This document shows positions 1-12,214 of a DNA stretch of 64,000 bases, piece after piece. The notes beneath the pieces were generated by a model. That model saw only the letters and a list, made by a program, of their open reading frames with translations, had not been told where the DNA came from and made no database searches. Location of the stretch: NCBI GenBank assembly GCA_965645245.1, contig OZ287077.1, positions 1,488,001 through 1,552,000 on the forward strand, given 5' to 3'. The position numbers were made by a program, and so were the translations under genes. This stretch comes from Massalongia carnosa. Lineage: Eukaryota. Position 1 is the first letter of the stretch. Each line of letters opens with the position of its first letter.

Positions 1-630
1 TAGGGAACCAGTCAATCTCTACTATCGACAAGTATGGCAGCTTTTGTTGATTCGACTGTGCTATACATATCTGCCTATGGAAGTCTGTAAGAAGTTTGAA
101 GACGCCTTTGGATTAACATGGAACAATGATGTCCAGGCTTACATTATTAATGATACCTTGCACGATAAACCGAAAATTCAGAATGCACTAGTAACGTTCA
201 CTTTGGGTGGAGCGGTGACTAGCAAAACAATCGACATTTCACTACCATACGCGGCATTCGACCTTATTGCTGTCTATCCTTTAATGCCGAATAGGACTCG
301 CTACTTTCCTCTTATACGGGCTGCCAATAATAGCTAAAATACCCTTAGCCGCACCTTCTTACAGGAAGCGTAAACATTCCTCTCCAAGAGTAAACGTAAC
401 TTGACTGATTCTGTACAGATATCTCATAGCTGATTATGAACGCCATAGGTTCTCGATCTCTCAGAGCCGGTAGAATTTGAATACGGAGCAAAACGTCGTG
501 GCCATCGCGCCCCTTCCTCAACACGAAAAACAACATCCCCACCGTATACCAATAGCCAGGATTGCTGGTATCACCACTAGTAGCGTTAGTGCTTCGGGTT
601 CCTACTTTTGCTTCTGTACATTCTCCTAAA
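1..630 (+). pseudogene. Degenerate C-terminal part of a pepsin-like (A1) aspartic protease gene, truncated by the window edge
   Basis: Reads AFVDST..[frameshift]..LPMEVCKKFEDAFGL...ISLPYAAFDL...YFPLIRAANNS*NTLSRTFLQEA. After a GT..AG intron (370-418) it continues YLIADYERHRFSISQSR*. This matches the DST and LGRTFLQEAY...DYER..FSISQ motifs of fungal A1 proteases, but with a frameshift and in-frame stops. Confidence 0.8.
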
Positions 631-1211
631 GAAACTTCCCGGTTCAAATGCGTTCAACCCCTCCGAGGAGAAGGTCAAATTTGAGGCTGGAGATACCTCG
701 AATGAGATGGATTGCACGTCACTACAGTTAGAAGTTGAAGCGGCAACAAGACGTTACCTTGGGTCTATGCTTGATGATACTAAGTAAAAAGCTAGTCAAG
801 AGGTCGAGTGGACTGGATTCAAGAACTGCCTGCTGAAGAGTTCAAGATAGGCGAAGTGCCTGGCTAAGCAAGATTCTTAGAGCACAGAAAGATCTAGCCC
901 AGATATCAGCCATGTTTGTAGAAACGAGATGCGATATGACTTCACAGAGTACATCACTATCTATCGCAAGTGATGATTCGATAGGATGAAACGTGCTGTA
1001 AGCGTATTCGTGGATTGTTGACGGAGGATTATTAACCCGATCGGTGCCCCGCACGTGTTCCCCGCAAGTGGTCAGTTCTCATCCGTTGGCTTGCTGCAAC
1101 TGCTGTTAGGCAGAAGTACAAAGCTCCCCGGTAGATACCCCAGGTAGGTAGCTACCTCCTTACAATAGTACTATTGTGCCCTATCTCCCAAAAGACTCTT
1201 TGTACTTGGGT

Positions 1212-2630
1212 ATGAATCAATCGGCTGGAACATTAGGCCAAGAGGCAGTCTCCTTCGACTACCATACCGAAGAAAGTAATGGGACGCTCAGCATTTACTC
1301 TGATGCTTCCAAGACAAGTATCCGAGACGAGGACATTGTGGCTGTCCTGGAGAATAATAGGCCATCCGAAACTCTAACCCGTACCCCAGGAGGTCACTAT
1401 ATTTTGCGAGTGTTGAAGCCGGAAGATTCGAACCTATCACGGAAGGCGACGCTGGAGTTGCTACAAGTGAGCAATCTACCACCGAGTTTTCTAGAAGCAC
1501 ATCCACGGTCGCGCTGCCCATTACACTTGCAGACTCCTTGGTACCATGACAAAACGCCAAATTTGCATATTATCATCTCAACAGGATCTGGTATCAGCGA
1601 GGCCCGTCTGTTTTTCGATGATATTTTGAAAGAGGTTTTGCTGACATTGGGGATCAATGATGACTCGTATATGCTCCACACAACCGAGTCCGAGAAATCC
1701 ATCTCGGATTTAACTCGTTCAGTCTTCCTGCCACGTAGTAATGAGGGAGTGGCTCAGACGATTCTGCTTATATCTGGCGACGGCGGTGTAGCTGACATTC
1801 TCAATGAGTTGCTTTTATACTCACGAAAAGATGCTTATGTAAAACCAGTCATCGGACTGTTACCTCTCGGCACAGGAAATGCTTTGGCCAATTCTACAGG
1901 CCTCAACCGTGGCTCCACCAGAGGCCTGCGATCTCTGCTCACGGGAAAGCCTTATAGTCTTCCCACGTTCGCTGCAACATTCTCGCCTGGATCTGAACTC
2001 TTGATCGATGAGGGCAGGATTGCAGAGGTTCTACCAACCTTGGAGAAAGGGTTCGGTGTTGTATATGGAGCCGTAGTCTGCAGTTGGGCATTCCATGCGT
2101 CGCTAGTTGCAGATTCCGATACCCTTGAGTACCGCAAATATGGGAATCAGCGATTTCAAATGGCGGCCCAAGAATTGCTTACGCCTTCAGACGGCTCTGC
2201 TCCCCATGTTTATAAGGGAAAGCTGACACTCTTGAAGCGAGACAATGATGGCCACGAAACGAGTTCGACGCTGGATCGACGCGAGCATATGTATGTACTT
2301 GCTTCGCTTGTATCGAACCTCGAAGAGATGCTGAAGATATCGCCTCATTCGAAGCCGCTCGATGGACAGCTGCGGTTGGTGCATTTTGGAGCCGTATCCA
2401 GCGCTGAGGTGATGAGGATCATGGAACTCGCTTATCAAGGAGGTCGCCATATTGATAATGAAGCAGTCTGCTATGACGACATTGACGGCTTGAGGATCGA
2501 TTTTGAGGAAGAAAATGATCGTTGGCGACGAGTATGCGTAGACGGCAAGATTGTCCGGGTTAACCAAGGTGGTTGGGTGGAGATCAGGAAGGAGGTAAGA
2601 GACGTCATAGATATCGTTGCAGATTTATAA
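1212..2630 (+). CDS. Diacylglycerol/sphingoid-base kinase catalytic-domain protein (DAGK_cat family)
   Basis: Intronless ORF with first ATG at 1212. Motifs IISTGSG, LISGDGGVADILN, LLPLGTGNALANS and VCVDG. Confidence 0.85.
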   Translation: MNQSAGTLGQEAVSFDYHTEESNGTLSIYSDASKTSIRDEDIVAVLENNRPSETLTRTPGGHYILRVLKPEDSNLSRKATLELLQVSNLPPSFLEAHPRSRCPLHLQTPWYHDKTPNLHIIISTGSGISEARLFFDDILKEVLLTLGINDDSYMLHTTESEKSISDLTRSVFLPRSNEGVAQTILLISGDGGVADILNELLLYSRKDAYVKPVIGLLPLGTGNALANSTGLNRGSTRGLRSLLTGKPYSLPTFAATFSPGSELLIDEGRIAEVLPTLEKGFGVVYGAVVCSWAFHASLVADSDTLEYRKYGNQRFQMAAQELLTPSDGSAPHVYKGKLTLLKRDNDGHETSSTLDRREHMYVLASLVSNLEEMLKISPHSKPLDGQLRLVHFGAVSSAEVMRIMELAYQGGRHIDNEAVCYDDIDGLRIDFEEENDRWRRVCVDGKIVRVNQGGWVEIRKEVRDVIDIVADL

Positions 2631-3079
2631 CCGTGTAAAATGAAAGACGAGTGATCCAAAATCGATACATGTAAGAAGCGTGATCTGAATACCCTCAGGT
2701 GACTGAAGGCAGGTGCAGCTGGGCACCTCAAGGGGATAGGCTTACCAGGCATAATCCAGCTTGAGGCTGTGAGGTTCTTAGGAGCGCCGGGCAATGACCT
2801 AAAGTGTCGCAGACAGAAGGGTTGAAAAACTTCACGTTTATTGTCAGTTGCTTTGGATGAATGTTTGCTATTGATATTCCTTTCAAAGAGTCAGCCTTGC
2901 CTCCGCTCCGCCTCCGCCGCATCCGTAACCCTGAACTGACATATCTGCTTGACAGCCAGCTCATCACAATGCGCACTTATAAATAACTTTATCTCTTCGA
3001 GTAATCAAGAAACTCGCAATCGAAATTGGCCAGCACCAGCTGGCAGGTATCTCCAGGCCATCTTCGTTGTACTCGAGAA

Positions 3080-6000
3080 ATGCTGCTCGTTCATCAGGTA
3101 GGATCTGTAAGAGTGGGAGAGGTAGTACGGTAAGTCTAGGAAGCGTACAGTAATGTCTACAGTAGTTGATCTTATTTAGATATACCCTGACATATACACC
3201 CTCACTCGACTGCATTTTGCCGTCGCCAATACATCTTCACCTGAAAGTTAAGAATACTTCTGCGATTCCTCTTCGAGCGGCCTATCTCCATGGTCCTTAC
3301 ACGCTTTACTCCGCTTGTTACCCTTCAACCTTTGACCCGAACCACAAAGACGATGCACTGTCACAGCACGGAGCTCCAGATTTTGAACCCAATCTTAAAG
3401 CTGGCGGGAGTTGGCACAGCCGGCTTACCGTGCCAGACAACGTCCGGGAAACAGCGGGTAAGGCCAATATTAAAAGAATGATTGATGGAGGGATCCCTAA
3501 ATGCACGTGGATCATTGAAGTCTTATCACAAGTTATATTTTCCACATCTGCTACTGTGCACTACGAGCTACTGATTGGCAGAGATGAGAAATCGTTAGAC
3601 TTAGGATTCCCCAGCTTGACAGGACAAGTTATTTCCACTCCCGGTCAGCTACAGGATCATCAGCAAGGAAAGGGCAACAAGAAAAATCATAACGCTACTC
3701 AGTCTCACGGCATTTTCTCGACTGCAGTCACTTTGGAAGTTGACGATACCGCAAGTTTATGGAATAAGCCTGCTTTGCCGGAATGGAGTGACGACGGGGG
3801 GGAAAGGGGACTGATGAGCGATGACCATAGTGTAGCTGCGGATGAACATCCAATAAAGAAACGGAAGAGGGTTCATCTAGTAGTACTTACGCATGGACTA
3901 CACAGCAATCTTGGGTCTGATATGCTATATCTCAAGGAAAGCATTGACGCGGCAGCCAAGCAAGCTCGTGAAGATGCAAGAAAGAGAAAAATGAAGCGAA
4001 AGTCCAAAATCCCTACAGAGGTTTCCAAGTATGAGAATAGAGGGGAAGTTGTAGATGGTGTTTTTTCAACCGCTGCAGGGAAATCATCTATAGCTCCATT
4101 GTCTGGCGGCCAGGATGAGCTTGATACAACGTCGGGCGCCGAATTGGAGGACGAGGAGGAAGTCATTGTCCGAGGTTTCTCAGGTAATGCTGTCCGTACA
4201 GAACGAGGCATCCAGTATCTGGGGAAACGCCTAGCCAAGTATATCCTCCAGATGACTTACCCTGATCAACCATTTCTACCAGTCAAAAAATCGGTCAAAA
4301 AGAAAATTTCCCAAACTTTCTCAGGCCAACCACCAATGGACCTAGGTTCCGGATTACCAACCCATATTCATAGTAGTATACATCGCGGGCCGAAAAAAGC
4401 AGAAAATCTGGCATACAAAATTACAAGCATCAGTTTCATCGCGCACTCCCTTGGTGGCTTAACTCAGACTTATGCTATTGCTTATATCCACAAAAATTCC
4501 CCGCATTTTTTTCAGGAAATCAGACCAATCAACTTTGTTACAATGGCCTCGCCTTTGTTGGGTCTCAGCAATGAGAATCCTATTTATGTCAAATTTGCGC
4601 TTGACTTTGGTCTTGTTGGTAGAACTGGTCAAGATCTGGGACTTAGATGGAGAGCTCCCACAATGGTACGAAACGGATGGGATGCTATGATCGGTGGGCT
4701 TGGTTCTGAAGGCCAACGAGCGCTTCGGCAACCTGATCCCAGCTCCAAACCTCTGCTCCGAATTCTACCTACAGGTCCTGCACGAGAAGTTTTGAAAATG
4801 TTTCGAAATCGGACCGTATACTCCAACGTCGTCAATGATGGCATCGTCCCCCTACGGACATCGTGCCTACTATTCCTGGATTGGAGCGGTTTAGGTCGTG
4901 TTGAGAAAGCAAGGAGAGAGAACGGTATAGTCGGAACAATGGCAGGTTGGGGATGGGCGGAATTGACTGGGGCAAATTCGAGTTCCCATCGACGTTTTTG
5001 GGATATGCATGATGACGAAATTGACTCTCAAGCAAGTAAGAGTAGCGTGGAGGCAGCAAGTAGCTCTCACAAGAAGGCCGAGCAGGCCGTTGTACCCCAA
5101 CCTGCTGAGAGCTCAGCCAGAAACAACGCTGGTGGCACTGACAACGAAATCCCGGAGCAGGGTCAGATTCGTGGACGTGAAAGCCATATGGACGGAATAA
5201 CGGAGGAAGACGATCACAATGCAAAGAAGAAGGATTTACAACCTGTTCAGCCGGTTAACCCTATCGATAGCTTCTTCAACTTTCTACGGCCGGTTCAACC
5301 GAAACCTCGTCATATCTCCCCAAAGCGTAGCAAAATTTATACCAGAAGCCAAACTCTTAACCTAGATACGGGAGACTCAGGAAGTGTGTCCTCGGGCAGT
5401 ACGTCTGGCCTGGACAACGCTTTACCGGTGCGCCGTTCAAGAGCTGTAAGGGGCGGTTTAACGGTTGATGATCCAGAAATTGGCTTTACACCTCCAAAAA
5501 CCAGTTTCTTCGAAGCAGCCGGCGATTTACTAAACCCTCCTTTGCCGTCCATAGAGTTTATCATCAATCCTGCCAGCCGACCACGCACTATATTCCATGA
5601 TCGTGTCTACCACCCCGAAGATATCCCTGATCCACCCGCCAAAAAGCGAAGGGCGTTTTCGAGGACTTTTTCAAACGAATCCAACAACGGCTCTATACGA
5701 TCCGACAAGGGCCACAGCAACGAGAAAGCCAGCTCTACCAAAAGCGGTATGAAAGTTGAAGAGAAAATTGCACGAGCCTATCACCACGACGTCTCCTGGC
5801 GCAAAGTCCTTGTCCGCCTCGAGCCCGATGCCCATAACAATATTTGCGTTCGTCGCATGTTCTCCAACGCCTATGGCTGGCCAGTAATTAAGCATCTCGT
5901 TGACACTCATTTCTCCGATTCCTTTGTCGCTACCACGGCCGATGCAAGGGAGCCGAATCGGGACCGTGCCAAACCGATGGGCGAAGCCGTGGGCGAGCAT

Positions 6001-6615
6001 GGTGAAGAAGTCAATACGGCTGCTCCGCATATCGACATTCAGCGCACTGATAGCGAACTGCGCGAAGCAAAAGATAACGTTGGGGACCTAAATGTGCGCC
6101 AGGATAGCGGTATGAGCAGTTCCACAGGCCGGCCCCGGATGACGAGGGAAGATTCGGCGCAATGGGATGATGCGCTTTTCGATGTTACTGACGACGATTC
6201 GGAGATGGGGGATTACGATCATTCAAGACGGGATTTGGCGAATCATGGCGATAGCGATGGTACACTTGAAACAGAGGCCTTGGATACGAAGATTTCGCAG
6301 TCTTCAGGCTCATCGCCTACTAAGGTTGAAATTCCCCAGCAATTTAACAATGAGAGCGTGGATCGCATGTACGGGGAAACTGACGCCAGCAATGCAATGA
6401 TACATTCAAAATCCCCCAGCGACACCCCGCTAGTGATCAGAGGCGGAACTACAAGCGTGGGGCTGGGAAAGTCAGTCCAGGAGCAGCTGGCTAAGATTGG
6501 CGGGATGAGGTTACCTGCTGACCAAGAGGCCTGTGTAAATGTCGATCAAGCCAGAAGGAAAGATAGCGGAAATGGCGACGAACCAAGCAGCGTCGACCCT
6601 GCTACTTTGCCATGA
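3080..6615 (+). CDS. DUF676 putative lipase/serine esterase (Rog1-like)
   Basis: Exon 1 (3080-3129) encodes MLLVHQVGSVRVGEVVR. Intron 3130-3179 (GTAAGT..TTAG) joins it in frame to the 1149-aa ORF. Motifs HLVVLTHGLHSN, nucleophile elbow SFIAHSLGG, ASPLLG, YSNVVNDGIVPLRTS and DAHNNI. Confidence 0.88.
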
Positions 6616-7357
6616 ATGAAGTTTAGGGAATAGAAGAGGATATGACGGCAAAAACGAGCGAACGACTGACGGTAAGTAACGAAGCATAACATTTCCTAAC
6701 GGCGGCGTTCACGGCGCTCCTATTCTCCTTTGTTTCCCTTTTTTCGTCTTTCATATTCATCCAGGAGCAGCGAGTCTCGAGCATCTTCGCGACTCACCGC
6801 GCGAGCATTTTCAGAAAGCATTTACATATATATACAAAACAAGGACGCGGGGGGGGGGGGGTTTGCACAGCAGGAGTTATTTATTCCACCTTGTGGGATT
6901 CAGTTGATTTCCTTACCCGATACCCCTTGATCGCGTCCATAGAATTTCGTTTCGCCCTCGCATCGTCCGCGAGATAGAGTTTGCTTTCTAGATGGACTGA
7001 TTTAAAGATATATATGGATGGATGGAACCGAAGAGCGCAAAGGTTGTATGTGTACATACCTACATAGGTGTTGAAGTGGTGCCATGATCACAGCTTCCGC
7101 GTCCATGAATAGGGGACGGAATCACGAAACCTTTGGATCCGTGTCTACGTACTAACCCGACAGGTAGGGTTGCTTCACGGCGGATTACATGTCGATTTAT
7201 ACCAGGAACACGAAGATAATAAGAGATTTCTGAGCTTAGGTGTTCTGTGATATTCGTGCTCGGCAATGCATACGATGATATTATGGGTTACATAACTAGC
7301 TTATGCATACAATATACACATACTCCAACCCCAGCCCCCAAAACCATACCAGACCAC

Positions 7358-8257
7358 CTATGCCCATTTCCCCTTACACGCCAACTCCCTGCCCGTCTCG
7401 CAGAGCACGCCCAGAAACGGCCCGTAATCATCGTTCAGGAACGACACGTACGGATCCCGAAAGGTCCGCCGGAACGGCACCTGGTGCCAGTGCTCGATCA
7501 AGGCCTTGCACACCTCCTCCGGGCTGAACTCTTCGTGGAAACGGATCTCGTCCATGGGGAGGCCGAGGAGCTCCAGGTTTTCTGGGAACGCGTAGTGGAA
7601 GCCGTGGCAGAAGGCCAGGAGCGCGGCCGTGGGCATGGCGCAGCAGTCGTCCAGGCACGCGGCGTCCTGCAGCCGGACTTTTAGCTCGTCCAGCTCGAGG
7701 TGTTTCCACACGGGGTACATCTTGCGGGGCCAGACCTTGCTGACCAGGTGCATCTTGAACGTGTCGTGCATGTGCGCGTTCCAGGCCCGGTCGGCGGACA
7801 AGGTGGGGAGGTTGTCGGTGTCGGGCTGAAGCATGGTCTTGCGGTACAGTGCGATTTCCTGGTCCAGAATGTCTTCTTCCTCCCGGGAGGTCATGTCCGC
7901 TATATCCAGGCCAATCTCCACCGACTTCACCCATATGCGGCGAACCATGGTGTTCAAGCAGTTTCGGAAAAACCGCTTCGTCCCCACAGCGTCCGGTAAG
8001 ACGATTTCGTTCTGCTGATAGACGATGTATTCCCCTTCTTGACGGATGGATCGGCATACGCTTAAAAGTGCAAGAGCTGGACTCTCGAACATGGACGGAA
8101 CGTCTACCAAGTAGTCGATCACTGCATCACCCTCGGTGGGGGGAAGCCGGTGAAACCTCAACCCTTTTTGGTAGTATGGGAAAATCCTCCCGACCACCAG
8201 GCAGTGGGTATATATCATCCTCCGAATTTCTGGAGACAACGAGAAGAAATGAGGCAT
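7358..8257 (-). CDS. Hypothetical protein with N-terminal F-box-like 'FFSLSPEIRRMIY' motif
   Basis: ATG at 8257 (MPHFFSLSPEIRRMIYTHCLV) and the later motif ALLSVCRSIRQEGEYIVY are typical of this expanded fungal family. Strong GC3 codon bias in the 3' two-thirds. Confidence 0.7.
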   Translation of the reverse strand: MPHFFSLSPEIRRMIYTHCLVVGRIFPYYQKGLRFHRLPPTEGDAVIDYLVDVPSMFESPALALLSVCRSIRQEGEYIVYQQNEIVLPDAVGTKRFFRNCLNTMVRRIWVKSVEIGLDIADMTSREEEDILDQEIALYRKTMLQPDTDNLPTLSADRAWNAHMHDTFKMHLVSKVWPRKMYPVWKHLELDELKVRLQDAACLDDCCAMPTAALLAFCHGFHYAFPENLELLGLPMDEIRFHEEFSPEEVCKALIEHWHQVPFRRTFRDPYVSFLNDDYGPFLGVLCETGRELACKGKWA

Positions 8258-9087
8258 GTCGCTAAGATCAATGAGCAAGATTCTTAAGCTGAAGGTGTAG
8301 TATTCACCTGTCTTTGAACTTGCTTGTATTGCAAACAAACTTGAGTGATATTTTGCCTACCGTAGAGACATTGAACACTCGGTGTAAGGGCAAATAATAA
8401 TGATGTACTGAAGATTTGAACTAATGATCAAAACCACGCTACTCTAGCCAAAAGAATGATTCCAAAAGTTATTGAACAACCAACTGTCGAATCTACAGCA
8501 GGTCAACATAAGACTTGGTGAAGCAAATGGCCCGTACTCAACACTGGGTCACAGCTGCCGAGTATCGTTGGTAGCACCTACGTATCGGGCGCCGAGACTC
8601 AAGATTCCTGCTATCCGCTTTGCTGCAACCTTTTCGGTGAAATCCGCGTCGTCTTCTGGGTATCTTACCTTGGCTCCAAAGAAGATTTTTCTAATATTCT
8701 GGAAAGCAATATCAAGTGATAGCAGAAACCTTCGATACGCCGACATCCTAGTGATAGTGAAACTCTATGCAAGTGGGGCTTTTGGCAGTAAGGAAATAGA
8801 TGAGAATAGATGAGAATATAAATATGAAAAGGGTGTTTGTTGGCTTGCAACAGAAGGCGCTACCTAGTACCGATAAAGAGCGAACTTCGACCCAACGGAG
8901 TGTTAAGTTCTAAAATGCCCGAACTACTTACTGAACGGATCTCACAGAACGACTTGAAGACCATCCGCTGGGCGATGACCAAATAACAGGCATTCACACT
9001 AGAAGGTCCTTCATTTTCACTTGTATATGATTATATCGAAGGTTACGAGTACAAGATCGGCTAAGATGTCCAATGCAATTAGAAGAG

Positions 9088-9117
9088 AAGATAAGATAAG
9101 ATAAGATAAGATAAGAT
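9088..9117. repeat. (AAGAT)n pentanucleotide microsatellite
   Basis: About 6 tandem copies visible upstream of the IMPase gene. Confidence 0.9.
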
Positions 9118-9208
9118 CGAGACTTCAAGATACAGAACATAACACATGTCCCGTCGTTGAATAGGCTCACGACTTGGACTAACAATAACTCATAATGTTA
9201 TAGCAGTC

Positions 9209-10280
9209 ATGACGGAACCCGACTTGCAAGGTATACATGATTTCTTCATCGATCTGGCAGCAAAGGCTGGCGAGATGATCATATCAGCCAATCCATCCAC
9301 AGTAGACACAAAGAAAAACTGTACGAGTCAATCCCTTGGTCAAGACAAAACAGCAGTGCTAACGGTCAACCCACAGCCTCTGATCTCGTCACCGAGACCG
9401 ACAAAGCTGTGGAAGTAATGGTATCCTCATCGCTCAAATCTGTCTACCCCACCTACTCGTATCTTTCTCCACCCCTATCGCAAGCCCCCGCATCCATCCT
9501 CAAAAACCTAACACTTCTTACTCCAGCTTCCTAGGCGAGGAATCCTCCCCCACAGCCTCTTCCTCCCGTCTCACGCCCTCCCCAACATTCATCGTCGACC
9601 CCATCGATGGCACCACAAACTTCGTGCACAACTTTCCCTACGTCTCCATCTCCCTTGCCTTTGCCCACAATCTGCAGCCACTTGTTGGTGTCGTCTACAA
9701 CCCCTTCACGCAAAAACTGTACTCAGCCATTCACGGGCGCGGTGCCTTTCTTACTTGTCCAAAAATTTCCACCTTCCCCTGTCCCTCCTTCTCGGCATCC
9801 TCCGTCCCTGAATCTCGACCCATCTCAGGCGCACATTACACCACCCTTTGCCTTCCCCTGCATAAGCCTGTCCCTCCACTCAGCGGGCTACAGGAAGCCC
9901 TCGTGGCAACAGAATGGGGGAATGAGCGCGCTGGCCCTAACTGGGACGCCAAAACCGCTACCTTCTCCGCGCTCACGGGCGAAAAAGGCGCCATGGTGCA
10001 CTCTCTCCGCTCGCTCGGGTCTGCCGCGTTGAATATGTGTGGCGTGGCTGCAGGCGAGCTGGACGTGTACTGGGAAGGCGGGTGTTGGGCGTGGGACGTG
10101 GCGGCCGGGTGGGTGGTGGTGAAAGAAGCTGGGGGTTTGGTCGTTGGTGGGATCCCAGGGGAGTGGGAGCCGAAAGTGGATGGGAGGAGGTATTTGGTTG
10201 TGAGAGCCGGGGAGGGGGGAAAGCAGTTGGTGGAGGATTTCTGGGGGAGGTTGCAGGGAAGGGTAGAGTATGAGTATTGA
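9209..10280 (+). CDS. Inositol monophosphatase family protein
   Basis: Three exons (introns at about 9321-9376 and 9459-9526). Motifs DLVTETD, FLGEE, TFIVDPIDGTTNFVH, RSLGSAAL and WAWDVAAG. Confidence 0.93.
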
Positions 10281-10767
10281 GAGGAGCCGCAGCGAATTTG
10301 CAGAAATAGACGTTCGGAGTTTTTATTCTACATATTCAACGTATAGACGAAACCATGTCCAGGAAATATACCTATTATACTTTGGTTGTGAAACATTGAT
10401 ATAAAATATGTAGGGAAACCATAAAATACATCGAAGCAAGCAAAAGATTTATCAGTCACCTCATCTTCTGTAAGAGGATAACTTAGAACAACGCTATATT
10501 GCGAATCGTTTCCCTTAATGCATAATCGAGGGAGTGAATAGCTCCGGACTCGACGTTCGTCCAATTGAAACGCGCATCGAAAGAAACGAGTTTGCATGAA
10601 CGTTCAATTCACCATGCGCTGGAACTTTATTTCCTCGGGTTGGTTTAGGAAAGGGGCCGTGAATGTAAACGAATAAGCGGAGGAAAATATTAAATCAAGG
10701 TATCCCTGTTTTACCGCCTCTCCTATCTCATGCTATTTACCGGTAAATACTATAACCAGAACGGCCC

Positions 10768-11232
10768 CTACAAAACCTCCCCCAAATCCTTCCCATCGCG
10801 CGTGGGAAAATACATAACGCTCTGCCACATGGCGCCGCCCCCATAATCCGCCTGCTTGACGCAGCTATTGGTGCCCAGCACCTTGCGCGTGTCCCCGTCC
10901 CAATAGTCGCCGCTGAGGCTGTCCGGGATCGCTTTGGTGAGGTAGTCCTTACAGCTGGTGTCCGTGAAGGCGATTAGGGAGTGCGCGCGGTGCGTCGGGT
11001 CCCCCCAGTTGATGCCGATGAAGGTCGCCGGCGTGTTGAAGGGGATGCAGGTCTCCACGGCAGGGTTTTCGGGCCGGGCGGGCACGTTCAAGCCCGGGAC
11101 GGGGGCGCCATAGCATTCGTGGTCCCAGAAGCCGGCGATAGAGCCGAGGCCGCGTTTTTGGAGGGGGGAGGGGTGGGCAAGGGCGCTGATGGTTAGGAGG
11201 GCGAGGAAAGCGGTGGTGGTGGGGAGGTGCAT
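10768..11232 (-). CDS. Small secreted protein (154 aa; signal peptide, KR pro-site, 4 Cys)
   Basis: N-terminus MHLPTTTAFLALLTISALA-HPSPLQKR, high GC3, and a TATA box about 175 nt upstream. Confidence 0.8.
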   Translation of the reverse strand: MHLPTTTAFLALLTISALAHPSPLQKRGLGSIAGFWDHECYGAPVPGLNVPARPENPAVETCIPFNTPATFIGINWGDPTHRAHSLIAFTDTSCKDYLTKAIPDSLSGDYWDGDTRKVLGTNSCVKQADYGGGAMWQSVMYFPTRDGKDLGEVL

Positions 11233-11406
11233 GGTGATGCGGTTTTTTGAGGTTTTTTTTGGGGTAAATTTTTTTGGGGGTTTGGAGGGTGGTTCTTAGA
11301 ATACCGGATTCTTAAGAACAAGATTTTTTTGTTGTGTGTGTGGTGTTATGGTTTGAAGATGGTTGGTGGAAGGGAAGAAGGAGCGATGAGGGGAGTTGTC
11401 AGGGGG

Positions 11407-11416
11407 TTTATATATA
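11407..11416 (-). promoter_or_regulatory. TATA box of the 10768-11232 gene
   Basis: Minus strand TATATATAAA, followed by a pyrimidine-rich leader. Confidence 0.6.
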
Positions 11417-12214
11417 AGAGGGGCGAACGAGAGTCTTTGTGAGGACATAAGACATGACGATGAATGAAATATTCATATAAGAACAAGCAAACGACATGGA
11501 ATTATATTGAATGTGATTTACATGAAAGAGTATATGAATACATAAAAATACAAAGGAAAATGGTTCGAGTTCCCAAATCATTATAGCTGCCCTCAATTCG
11601 TAGACTCTCGTGATCTTATCCGTCGAAAGGAGGAATACGAGAGTAGGTAGAAAGATAGAGTCAACACTTCGTTCTAACCTCACGCGGAAATATATCCCTG
11701 AAAAGCGGGAAAACTCTCCGGCCGAAGAGCACGTGGATATATGCACGTTCCCAATGCCGCTTAACCAATCCGGGTTAAGCCATATATGCACTACTAAGTA
11801 CGAGACTCGGGAGATGGGGCTGAGAGAGTGAAGAGTTTGTTTTGCCTTCGTCGTCGTCGATTCGTCAACTACGCTGGATGTTGTTTGATGTTGAGTGAAC
11901 AGGTCAGAGCGCTTAGCCAGGCAGCTGATTGTTGAACTTTGCTCTTCTGCTTGCTTTGCTTGCTCCGGCTGGTGCGAACTCTGATGCTGAACAGCTGGCC
12001 TGCACCCGTTGGTTGCCCTGATCCTTGCCCGCGCGTTGCATCATTCGCCTGACAGCCCAATACGGGGGCTTGTTCGAATCTACCGCCAATCGAATTGCTG
12101 GACTTGAAAGTTGAAAGGTGGAGTAAGCTGGAGGGGAAGTAAGTTGTCGTCAGTAGGCACGAGAGATATCTCTATTACAACATCAACGCGCTGTGGTAAC
12201 CTAATCATCTGGCC

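Noticed and set aside
8472..8850. Short ORFs upstream of the 7358-8257 gene
   Set aside because: No recognisable motif. They may be UTR or upstream exons, but I could not build an in-frame model.
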